From Candidatus Kuenenia stuttgartensis (lineage in GTDB: Bacteria > Planctomycetota > GCA-002687715 > CAIWVZ01): DNA of 64,000 bases. The notes below the pieces were generated by a model, which saw only the letters and a list, made by a program, of their open reading frames with translations, was not told where the DNA came from and made no database searches. Shown in pieces: positions 17,389-25,568 of this stretch. How positions within the stretch are numbered: position 1 is the stretch's first letter; each line of letters opens with the position of its first letter. The position numbers were made by a program, and so were the translations under genes. Location of the stretch: positions 41,034 through 105,033 of the forward strand of contig CAMARR010000009.1 of NCBI GenBank assembly GCA_945860915.1, given 5' to 3'.

Positions 17389-20300
17389 CTTAGCCGCGGG
17401 CGCCCCGCTTGGGGCGGCTCTCCCTCCACGGTCGCTATCCATAGAGCGGCCGTGAATGGTTTTTGTAGGGACTGAATCCCATCACCGTCGAAGCCAACCG
17501 CATTGGGGTCGCCACATAGGCGAATGTACCTCGGTCGCTTTGCGCCTCGCATGTCGATGGTGCGTCCGAATATCTGCTCGCCGTTTCCGACCCCGTCGTC
17601 CACCACGGCAACGTCGATTCCCCCGCGCTCCAGTATTGCCTTGGCGCCAGCAACGTCGGAACTGAGGACCACCGAGTGTCCTCGCATGCAGAGTCGCTCG
17701 GCAAGGACCCCTCGGGTCGATGCGTCGTCGCCAACGATCAGAATCGACAAGACTCGATCCGCAGCCCTCGATTCGTCCACTTGGCGCGCCGGAGGAGCAT
17801 CGACGGTGGAGACCGGGACGGCGGGTAGCCGGATCTCAAACGTCGCCCCTTCGCCGGGACGACTTCGGACGCAGAGAGTCCCGCCGTGCTCGAGAATGAT
17901 CGACTGGGCGAGGGAAAGTCCAAGCCCTGTTCCTGACGGTGCTCCGTCCTGTCGAACGGCCTTTGTCGTAAAGAAGGGATCAAAGACCAAAGACTGCATC
18001 GCCTCGGGTATTCCGGGTCCTGTGTCTGTGATGGTCATGATCGCATCGCCATCTTCACGCGTCGTCGTAACTGTGAGTTCCCGCGTGCTCGACTTCGCCA
18101 TCGCATGCCGAGCATTCGTTACAAGGTTCAGGATGACCTGCAGAATGCACGTCTGATCGACTCTCGCGGCAACCGCGCGGTCGCTGCGCACGTTCACGCG
18201 ACATCCTTCAGCCTCGAGTCCCCGCGAGACGAGTCGGAGGGTCTCCTCAACCAAATCCGCCAATCGAGTTGGAACACGCACGTCCCCGCGTGGCCTGGCA
18301 AACGCCTGCAGTCGATGGGTGACCTCGGACGCACGAGACGCTGCGCCAAGTGCCGTGGCTGTGGCCCGACGAACAGCACCTCGATCATCGACCGATAGAG
18401 CATATTCAAGCCAACCCATGATGCCCTGCAAGAGGTTGTTGAATTCGTGGGCCACGCCCGCGCTCAATGTCCCTAACGCCGCAAGTCGCTCAGATAACAA
18501 CGTCCGGTGGCGCGCATCGATCTCCTGAGTTAGGTCGCGTGAAACCTCCACCCAACCGCGCACATCGCCGCCCTGTCCGAGTAGAGGACTCAACACGAGC
18601 TGAATCGGAAGCACCGTTCCGTCGATCGCTCGACGGTTCGTCTCAATAGAAACACGTTCGCCGCGTGCCGCATCATGAACAAGATCCGCGAATCTCGGAG
18701 TCCCGTCCGTTGCTAGCGCATCAAAGTGAAGCGGCATCGGCGAGTCCTTAGCTCCAAGTAGCGACGCTGCCGCAGCGTTGCGGGCGCCCGCATGGCCATC
18801 TAGCCCCCACGCAATCACCATGTGCCCCGTCAGAGCGTCGAAGAGGGCTTTCAAAGATGCCGTAGCCGTCTCGAGGTCATCGGTTCGCAAGCGGAGCTTG
18901 TCGTGAAGTGTGCGGAGGCGCTCACTTTCGCTTGCCGCCCGGCGCGAATGGTCGCGGAGCCATGTGTTTTCTAGGCTCACGATCTCAGCGTCGCGCCGAC
19001 GTGCTTCGGTGCGGATCATCGCAAGGGCCTGCCCCGTCTGCATTGAAGCAAGTGCGACGAGATGGGACCTCCCCAATGAACCAGGGACCGCAGGGTCTAA
19101 GCCGCCAAGAATCGCGACTCCGCGTCCAACGGGACCATTCGGAAACGGAAACACCGTGATCCCGTTCGCTGGATCGGCGACGGGGACTATCGATCCTGTT
19201 GCACATGTGCGAAGGAGATTCCGCGCACCTAAGGCGAACGAGTCGGACTCTTCGACCTGTTTGATTCCATCACAATCGCCCCGCTCGACGAATGTGGCGC
19301 CCTCATCGAGAAGCGCTGCCGCAATGGCTCCTGAGACCTGACGCATTCTGGGCAGCGCGACGCGAACAACGTCATCCTCCGATGCCGACGCCGCGAGTTG
19401 TTCCGCGAGATTCGATAAGAACCGAATGCCAGCCTCATCTGTTGACACCGAGGGCTGGACCGGAGATCGAGGCGCGACAACGGGCATGGGTGCAGTCACC
19501 TTTGGCTCCTTGGCCGAAAGGAACGGCGTGACGACTCCCGTGAATGCTCCCGTAAGACGACGGGCGACGGTCGCCGGAAGGTACCCGCCACCATCATCGA
19601 ACGAGCCAAGCAACTGTGTCAGCGGCAGTCGGCCGAGCCCGGTCGCCGCAATCCACGTCTGAACATCGGAGGGACGAAGGCCGCGCAACCGTTCGGTTGG
19701 ACAGGCGCCAGCAATCCCATGCCCGACGGTGCTGAGTCCCCCACTGCATTCAGGGATCGCCATGACGACAGCGATTGGAAGTTCCTTTGGAAGCTCCAGC
19801 AGCCGGCGCAACGAAACGACATCTGCCGATGTAAGTCGGTCGGCGTCGTCAACAACCAGCACAAGTGGTGCATGATCAGACGAGTCCCGGTTCTCTTCTG
19901 CCCACGCAAGCGGATCGAAATCCGCCGAAGTTTGACTGTCGAGCAACGGCGTGCCGTCGCCAAGCGCAACACAGCGCGCAACCCGCACGCCTTCCCACTC
20001 AAGCATGAGGGCCACTTCGTTAAGCAACGTCGATAGCCCGGCCCCCCTTTGGCCACTGATCGCAATACGCCGCTCCCCACCTGAGTTCAATGCGGATCGA
20101 ACGGCGCCAAGGACACGGTCGAGAGATTGTTCGCGACCAATAAAATGCCCGCTCACATTAGGGGTAGGAAGAGGGACGCGCGACACAGGGCGCGGACGGC
20201 GACCAAGAATGGACGCCATGGCGGCGATGGCCGCATGGGCGTCGATCGTTGCGTCGCCGGCTGCGTGGGACAGCACGCCCATCGCGGCGCTTGCTGCTGA

Positions 20301-20873
20301 TCCTTCCAAAATGTTGGCCGAGCGCATAAGCAGGTGCAAGTCGACCAAGTCGGCTGTCGCACTCCCATCGCCCCCAAGCCCGTTCCGGCGCGGCTCGATT
20401 CCGACGAGGCGTGCGACAACTCCCGTGGGATCATCCGAGACCATGACGTGATTGGAGTCCACGGAGCCGTGCGCGAGTCCGATGTCGTGGAGATGCGCCA
20501 ACCCGATCAGAATATGACCGATGACGCTATCTAGCTCTGCCGGCGTGAGGCGCAGCAGCATATCGGCGATCGGTCTACCTGACGGCTTCGATTCAGTCAA
20601 TCGCGCGATGCCGGTCCCTGACATCGCAATCACGATCGGAAACTGGAGATGGGGATGACTGACTCGAGTCTTGATTATCACATCGCGAACAAAACGCCGC
20701 GCTTCGGCCGCGTCGAGAGAGCGAACATTGACTTCACGGACAAATGAGCCCTCCTCTGCGGCGAGAGCCGCGGGATCAGCGTCCAACCCGGCTGACAGCC
20801 GATGGAGAGAGTCCGATGTTGAATGTCGTCGCGGCATTGACCGCACCAATTCCCAGTGGTGGGCACGCCGCAA
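17385..20873 (-). CDS. multidomain hybrid sensor: kinase-like (degenerate) / P-loop NTPase-like (degenerate) / PAS / histidine kinase / receiver
   Basis: 1162 aa from TTG 20873; the first ATG is at 20837. The kinase-like N-terminus has LAHGSVDSNHVMV where HRDLKPxN is expected. The P-loop reads ISGQRGAGLST (no Lys), followed by LVLVVDDAD. H-box GVAHEFNNLLQGI; HATPase boxes LNLVTNARHAM, DTGPGI and GTGLGLSLA; receiver ILIVGDDAS..DVAVVDD..LQKPF. Confidence 0.8.
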   Translation of the reverse strand: MRRAHHWELVRSMPRRHSTSDSLHRLSAGLDADPAALAAEEGSFVREVNVRSLDAAEARRFVRDVIIKTRVSHPHLQFPIVIAMSGTGIARLTESKPSGRPIADMLLRLTPAELDSVIGHILIGLAHLHDIGLAHGSVDSNHVMVSDDPTGVVARLVGIEPRRNGLGGDGSATADLVDLHLLMRSANILEGSAASAAMGVLSHAAGDATIDAHAAIAAMASILGRRPRPVSRVPLPTPNVSGHFIGREQSLDRVLGAVRSALNSGGERRIAISGQRGAGLSTLLNEVALMLEWEGVRVARCVALGDGTPLLDSQTSADFDPLAWAEENRDSSDHAPLVLVVDDADRLTSADVVSLRRLLELPKELPIAVVMAIPECSGGLSTVGHGIAGACPTERLRGLRPSDVQTWIAATGLGRLPLTQLLGSFDDGGGYLPATVARRLTGAFTGVVTPFLSAKEPKVTAPMPVVAPRSPVQPSVSTDEAGIRFLSNLAEQLAASASEDDVVRVALPRMRQVSGAIAAALLDEGATFVERGDCDGIKQVEESDSFALGARNLLRTCATGSIVPVADPANGITVFPFPNGPVGRGVAILGGLDPAVPGSLGRSHLVALASMQTGQALAMIRTEARRRDAEIVSLENTWLRDHSRRAASESERLRTLHDKLRLRTDDLETATASLKALFDALTGHMVIAWGLDGHAGARNAAAASLLGAKDSPMPLHFDALATDGTPRFADLVHDAARGERVSIETNRRAIDGTVLPIQLVLSPLLGQGGDVRGWVEVSRDLTQEIDARHRTLLSERLAALGTLSAGVAHEFNNLLQGIMGWLEYALSVDDRGAVRRATATALGAASRASEVTHRLQAFARPRGDVRVPTRLADLVEETLRLVSRGLEAEGCRVNVRSDRAVAARVDQTCILQVILNLVTNARHAMAKSSTRELTVTTTREDGDAIMTITDTGPGIPEAMQSLVFDPFFTTKAVRQDGAPSGTGLGLSLAQSIILEHGGTLCVRSRPGEGATFEIRLPAVPVSTVDAPPARQVDESRAADRVLSILIVGDDASTRGVLAERLCMRGHSVVLSSDVAGAKAILERGGIDVAVVDDGVGNGEQIFGRTIDMRGAKRPRYIRLCGDPNAVGFDGDGIQSLQKPFTAALWIATVEGEPPQAGRPRLS

Positions 20874-20927
20874 AACGCAGTACGCCCTTCATCCTGTTTA
20901 TCGGACGAAGGGCGCACAGCGTAGGAA

Positions 20928-22577
20928 TCAGGAGTCGTCGCGCGGAGTCGCGAAGCTCATCAGGAATTCTGCGTTGGTACGCGTCTTTCCGAGCTTGTCG
21001 ATCAGGAGCTGCATAGCTTCGGCCGGCCTCATCTGGGACAAAACGCGCCGTAGAAGCTTGATTCGCTCGCCCTCATCGGGGTGAAAGAGCTTCTCTTCCT
21101 TGCGCGTTCCGGAAGCAGCGACATCAATGGCGGGGAAAACCCGGGCATTCGAGAGATCGCGCGAGAGCACGACTTCGCTGTTGCCCGTGCCTTTGAACTC
21201 CTCGAAGATCACTTGGTCCATTCGAGAACCGGTGTCGATCAAGGCCGTCGCGATGATGGTCAAACTGCCGCCGCCCTCAATGTTTCGGGCCGCCCCGAAG
21301 AACGCCTTGGGCTTAAGCAAGACCTTCGCGTCGAGTCCGCCCGACATAATGCGCCCCGAACCGCGGGTTTCGTTGTTGTAGGCGCGCCCGAGACGTGTGA
21401 TTGAGTCCAACAGCACCACCATGTGGTGGCCTGCTTCGACTTGTCGCCTCATCTTCTCGAGAACAAGCTCGGTCACTCTGACGTGATTGCCTGTTCCTTC
21501 ATCGAGGCACGAAGCGATAATCTCGGCCTTAGTGTTCCGTTTGAAGTCGGTGACCTCTTCCGGTCTTTCGTCAACAAGCAACACCAGCAGCTTGACGTCA
21601 GGGTAGTTGTGCGAGATCGCATTGCACATCTTCTGCATCAGGATCGTCTTGCCTGTGCGTGGAGGCGCAACGATAAGGGCGCGTTGACCACGACCCACCG
21701 GACAAAGTAAGTCCACGATTCGCATCGACACATCGTTGTTCGGATGCGTCTCGAGAATGAACCTCGAATCGGGGTCGCAAGGAAGAAGGTTCTTGAACGG
21801 GACTTCCGACCCGTGCAGTTCCGGATCCTTGTCGTTGATCGTCTTGACCGAGGCGAGCGCGGGCTTTTGGCCGGGCTTGCGTGACGGTTGAACTTCACCG
21901 TCAATCATGACGCCTGGGCGCATGCGATATCGACGAACCAGTCCTGCCGGAACGTAAACGTCTTCGGCCTCCGGAAGGTAGTTGTTTTCAGCGAACCTCA
22001 GGAACCCGAAGCCGTCAGGCATGAGCTCTAGGAGGCCAGGCGTGCGCATAGGCTCCGTCGGAAGAGCCTGCACTGGCGCGGGTCGATACCCTGGCTGAGG
22101 GCGAAATCCGCGGTCGCCGCCGCCCTGATTGAACCCCTGTTGGAATTCGCGCTCGCGATCATCGTTCATGGGTGGGCCGTCATCGCGATGATGACCGCGT
22201 CCCTGTTGATGCGGATGGTGGCCTTCGTGATGATGGGGCATCTGGGACGACTCGTGCGGCGAAAACTCTTCGCGCGACGATCCATGGTCACCCTCATTGC
22301 CGTAACCATCGCCGTCCGGGCCGTCTTCGAACGAGTTGTTCTCGTAGCCTTCCGGCGCACCTTCAAAGACCTGACCAGCCTGACCAGCCTGATCGGGTGG
22401 GAATCCGGGCCCGCCCATGGGGGGGCCTGCTCGGCCCCGTCCTCGGCCTCTACCGCGTCCGCGACCACGTCGCCGACGGCCTCGAGGGCCGCCGCCGGGT
22501 CCAGCACCACTTGGGGGCCCACCACTACCAGGGTTAGGGCCATCTCCACCACGCCTCGATCCGCGAGGGTTCATCAT
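20928..22577 (-). CDS. rho: transcription termination factor Rho with ~178-aa low-complexity N-terminal region
   Basis: 549 aa. Residues 1-178 are Gly/Arg/Pro/His-rich (GPRGRRRRGRGRGRGRGRGRAGPP, HHHEGHHPHQQGRGHH). Then comes the Rho CSD-like RNA-binding domain (LLELMPDGFGFLRF), Walker A PPRTGKT, LLVDERPEEVTDF and the RecA-type core through to ..GTRKEE.. Confidence 0.95.
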   Translation of the reverse strand: MMNPRGSRRGGDGPNPGSGGPPSGAGPGGGPRGRRRRGRGRGRGRGRGRAGPPMGGPGFPPDQAGQAGQVFEGAPEGYENNSFEDGPDGDGYGNEGDHGSSREEFSPHESSQMPHHHEGHHPHQQGRGHHRDDGPPMNDDREREFQQGFNQGGGDRGFRPQPGYRPAPVQALPTEPMRTPGLLELMPDGFGFLRFAENNYLPEAEDVYVPAGLVRRYRMRPGVMIDGEVQPSRKPGQKPALASVKTINDKDPELHGSEVPFKNLLPCDPDSRFILETHPNNDVSMRIVDLLCPVGRGQRALIVAPPRTGKTILMQKMCNAISHNYPDVKLLVLLVDERPEEVTDFKRNTKAEIIASCLDEGTGNHVRVTELVLEKMRRQVEAGHHMVVLLDSITRLGRAYNNETRGSGRIMSGGLDAKVLLKPKAFFGAARNIEGGGSLTIIATALIDTGSRMDQVIFEEFKGTGNSEVVLSRDLSNARVFPAIDVAASGTRKEEKLFHPDEGERIKLLRRVLSQMRPAEAMQLLIDKLGKTRTNAEFLMSFATPRDDS

Positions 22578-23048
22578 CTCTCCTCAATCACGGGAAGGGC
22601 CACAGAATCCAATGGACTCCGAGCACCGATTTCCGCCGAAGCGGCTGTTCCCAACAAAAATCAGCCGAGACCTCTCAAGCCAGATACGACAAGTGCAGGC
22701 ACCGAAAATCGGTGAGCGCACGGGGGCTTCGCGTCGAACCATGGCGGATAACTACGGAAACCGGTCCGCCTCCCGCCACGAAGCGGGGCGAGCTCGCGAG
22801 GGCTCGCAGGGAGTTGGCGACGGCCTCGGGACACGCCAACTGTGCCTATTATGCACCCCGGTTATCGGCACGCAAGCCTACGCAGGCACAAAACTTCTGA
22901 ACAATGGGGCTTCCACCCCGTGCTTTTCTGTCGCTTGATCGAACCGCAGCAGCGGGCTAACTATGACCCCAAGCCGAATATTAGGTCATGCTTCTCGCGT
23001 GCCATAATGCACGACCGGCCATCGTCATTGCACAGGCCACCCACCATC

Positions 23049-24332
23049 ATGAGCGACACCAAAACCAGCACCGAAGCCCCCATGAATCTTTACGAGATGG
23101 CCACTGCGCAGTTCCAGCGCGCTGCGGATGCCATCGCCCTTGAGCCGTCGATTCGATCAATCCTGACGGAGCCCAAGAACGAGATTAGTTTCAACTTCCC
23201 GGTGCGCATGGACAACGGCGTGGTCCGGATGTTCAAGGGCTACCGCGTTCAACACAACAACATCCTTGGACCATACAAGGGTGGCATCCGCTTTCACCAC
23301 GACGTTGATGTGCACGAAGTCAAGGCCCTCGCGGCTTGGATGACTTGGAAGACAAGCCTCGCCGGCCTCCCATTTGGCGGAGCCAAAGGCGGCGTGACAT
23401 GCCGTCCCAATGAACTGTCACGCCCGGAGCTTGAGCGGTTGACGCGTCGGTTCACACACGCGCTCGGCACGAGCATCGGTACGGAGTACGACATCCCGGC
23501 CCCCGACGTCGGCACGAACAGTCAGATCATGGACTGGATGATGGATACTCACGTCAACACGGTCTCCATCTTGGATCGCACCCGAGGCAAGGGCGTAGTC
23601 ACCGGCAAGTCGCTTGCCTGCGGTGGCTCAAAAGGTCGCGAAAAAGCCACCGGTCAAGGCGTTTGCCACATTATTGATGCGTGGGCCAAGGACTCGGGAC
23701 GTTCGGTAAAAGGCCTGAAAGTCGCTATCCAGGGTTTTGGCAACGTCGGCTATTGGACTGCCAAGATCATCGTCGACATGGGCGCCACTGTCGTCGCCGT
23801 GATGGATCACACAGGTGCGGTCGGCAATCCTCAAGGCATCGATGTCGCAGGCCTCAAGGCCTATATGGACGCCAACAAGAAGCTTCCGGGCTTCGCGGGC
23901 GCAAAGACCATCACGCCTAACGAGTTCTGGGGAAGCGAATGCGACGTCATGGTTCCCGCGGCGATTGAGAATCAAATCACCGGCGTGACTGCGCCACTCA
24001 TCAAAGCAAAAGTCGTCGTCGAAGGCGCAAACGGCCCAACCACGACCGCCGGCGATGCCGACCTCGCGCGTCGTGGCATTACCGTTATTCCCGACATCCT
24101 TGCCAACTCCGGCGGAGTGATCGTGTCGTTCTTCGAGTGGCTCCAAAACCGAGCGTCCGAATACTGGGAATTGGAAGAAGTCGACGCTCGGCTCAAGCGT
24201 CAAATTTTGGAGGCCTACTCGAACGTCACCGCGACTGCCCGGGAACGAAAGCTCGACTTCCGCACAGCGGCCTACGCCGTCGCATTGCTCCGTATCGCGG
24301 AAGCCTACAAGGCTCGAGGTGTTTTCCCGTAA
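23049..24332 (+). CDS. gdhA: Glu/Leu/Phe/Val-type glutamate dehydrogenase
   Basis: The track ORF starts at 22842. I prefer ATG 23049 (MSDTKTSTEAP..); 23082 is also possible. Catalytic-Lys motif PFGGAKGGV and dinucleotide fold QGFGNVG. Confidence 0.9.
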   Translation: MSDTKTSTEAPMNLYEMATAQFQRAADAIALEPSIRSILTEPKNEISFNFPVRMDNGVVRMFKGYRVQHNNILGPYKGGIRFHHDVDVHEVKALAAWMTWKTSLAGLPFGGAKGGVTCRPNELSRPELERLTRRFTHALGTSIGTEYDIPAPDVGTNSQIMDWMMDTHVNTVSILDRTRGKGVVTGKSLACGGSKGREKATGQGVCHIIDAWAKDSGRSVKGLKVAIQGFGNVGYWTAKIIVDMGATVVAVMDHTGAVGNPQGIDVAGLKAYMDANKKLPGFAGAKTITPNEFWGSECDVMVPAAIENQITGVTAPLIKAKVVVEGANGPTTTAGDADLARRGITVIPDILANSGGVIVSFFEWLQNRASEYWELEEVDARLKRQILEAYSNVTATARERKLDFRTAAYAVALLRIAEAYKARGVFP

Positions 24333-24357
24333 GACGTTTCACCTCCAGACCGACACA

Positions 24358-24392
24358 ACACCCTCGAATTGCCATAGGGCCTTCGAGGGTGT
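24358..24392 (+). terminator. hairpin 26 nt after the gdh stop (possible intrinsic terminator, no clear U-tract)
   Basis: ACACCCTCGAA (24358-24368) pairs with TTCGAGGGTGT (24382-24392): an 11-bp perfect stem with a 13-nt loop. The downstream sequence, cgcatttgcgg, is not U-rich. Confidence 0.4.
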
Positions 24393-24484
24393 CGCATTTG
24401 CGGAGGGATTGCACCCGAGGGCCGTCTCCGCGATGATGACGGGCGCAGCGATTGCTCGTCCATTCGCGCTTGAGGAGTCCACCT

Positions 24485-25501
24485 ATGAAGAAGTCCATAC
24501 TGTCCGTCGCAGCGATTTGCGCCTTCACCACGCTTGCGCAGGAGGTGCCTGTCCCGGCCTCCCGCCCTATGACGCCGGCTACGCCTACGATGTCGCCTGC
24601 TGCGGCGGCCAAGCGCGCCGATAAGGGCCCGAAGGCGCCAACCTACGACGAGAAGGCCGATGCCGCCGCTGACATCAAGGCCGCATTGGCGCGCGCCAAG
24701 AAGAACAACAAGCGCGTCCTCGTCCAATGGGGCGCGAACTGGTGTGGATGGTGCGTTGTCCTCGCCGACACGATGAAGTCGGACGGGAAAATCTCGCGCG
24801 AGATGCTCTACGAATATGAACTGGTGAAGGTCGACATGGGGCGCTTCGACAAGCACCTCGATGTTGCCAAGGCCTACGGTGCCGAGTTTAAAGCCATCCC
24901 CTACCTCACCATCCTAGATGCGGACGGCAAGCCGATCGTCCAGCAGAACACCGAACCACTTGAGCTCAAGGCCGAAGCCAACGCCAAACCGAAGTTGGGT
25001 CATGACACCGCGAAGGTGCTCGAGTTCCTCAAGACTCACGAGGCAAAGCCATGGGTCGCGGCTGATCTCGAGAAGGCTGCGCTCGATAAGGCGAAAGCCG
25101 AAGGCAAGCAAGTGTTCCTTCACTTTGGCGCGCCGTGGTGCGGATGGTGCCACCGACTTGAAGACTGGATGGCGCGACCGGAGATCAACGCAATCCTCTC
25201 AAAGGAATTCGTCGATCTCAAAATCGACACCGATCGGATGACAGGCGCTGCGGATCTCGTCACGCGCTGGCGCGGATCGGAAAAGGGTGGGATTCCCTGG
25301 TTCTGCTTCATTGCCGCAGATGGGACCAAAGGCCCCGTCAGCGAAAGCGATAAGGGCCAAAACATTGGATTCCCCGCGCAACCGGACGAGGTGGCTTTGT
25401 TCCGCGCAATGCTCACCAAGTCATGCAAAATCCTGACGGCCGAAGAAATCAAAACACTCGGCGATTCGCTCGAAGCACCCAAGACGGCTGCGGGACGCTG
25501 A
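24485..25501 (+). CDS. secreted tandem thioredoxin-fold protein (two WCGWC motifs)
   Basis: The track ORF starts at 24452. ATG 24485 gives the signal peptide MKKSILSVAAICAFTTLAQE. There are two thioredoxin-like units, with VLVQWGANWCGWCVVL and VFLHFGAPWCGWCHRL. Confidence 0.7.
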   Translation: MKKSILSVAAICAFTTLAQEVPVPASRPMTPATPTMSPAAAAKRADKGPKAPTYDEKADAAADIKAALARAKKNNKRVLVQWGANWCGWCVVLADTMKSDGKISREMLYEYELVKVDMGRFDKHLDVAKAYGAEFKAIPYLTILDADGKPIVQQNTEPLELKAEANAKPKLGHDTAKVLEFLKTHEAKPWVAADLEKAALDKAKAEGKQVFLHFGAPWCGWCHRLEDWMARPEINAILSKEFVDLKIDTDRMTGAADLVTRWRGSEKGGIPWFCFIAADGTKGPVSESDKGQNIGFPAQPDEVALFRAMLTKSCKILTAEEIKTLGDSLEAPKTAAGR

Positions 25502-25515
25502 GCGCGGTGATCAAC

Positions 25516-25559
25516 AAGAAAGGGCGCCCGGGATTAGCCCGGCGCCCTTTCTTCTTTCT
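25516..25559. terminator. strong hairpin terminator between convergent thioredoxin-like gene and typA
   Basis: AAGAAAGGGCGCCCGGG / ATTAG loop / CCCGGCGCCCTTTCTT forms 16 bp with one bulged C. It is followed on the plus strand by CTTTCT. It sits in the 67-nt gap between the two stops. Confidence 0.7.
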
Positions 25560-25568
25560 ACCGATCGC

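Noticed and set aside
22371-22480. GC-rich short repeats (ctgaccagc x2, and a run of CGN/GGN codons), considered as a possible tandem-repeat or CRISPR-like element.
   Set aside because: They lie in frame inside rho and encode DQAGQAGQ and RGRGRGRG, using varied codons. There is no spacer/repeat periodicity and no cas genes.
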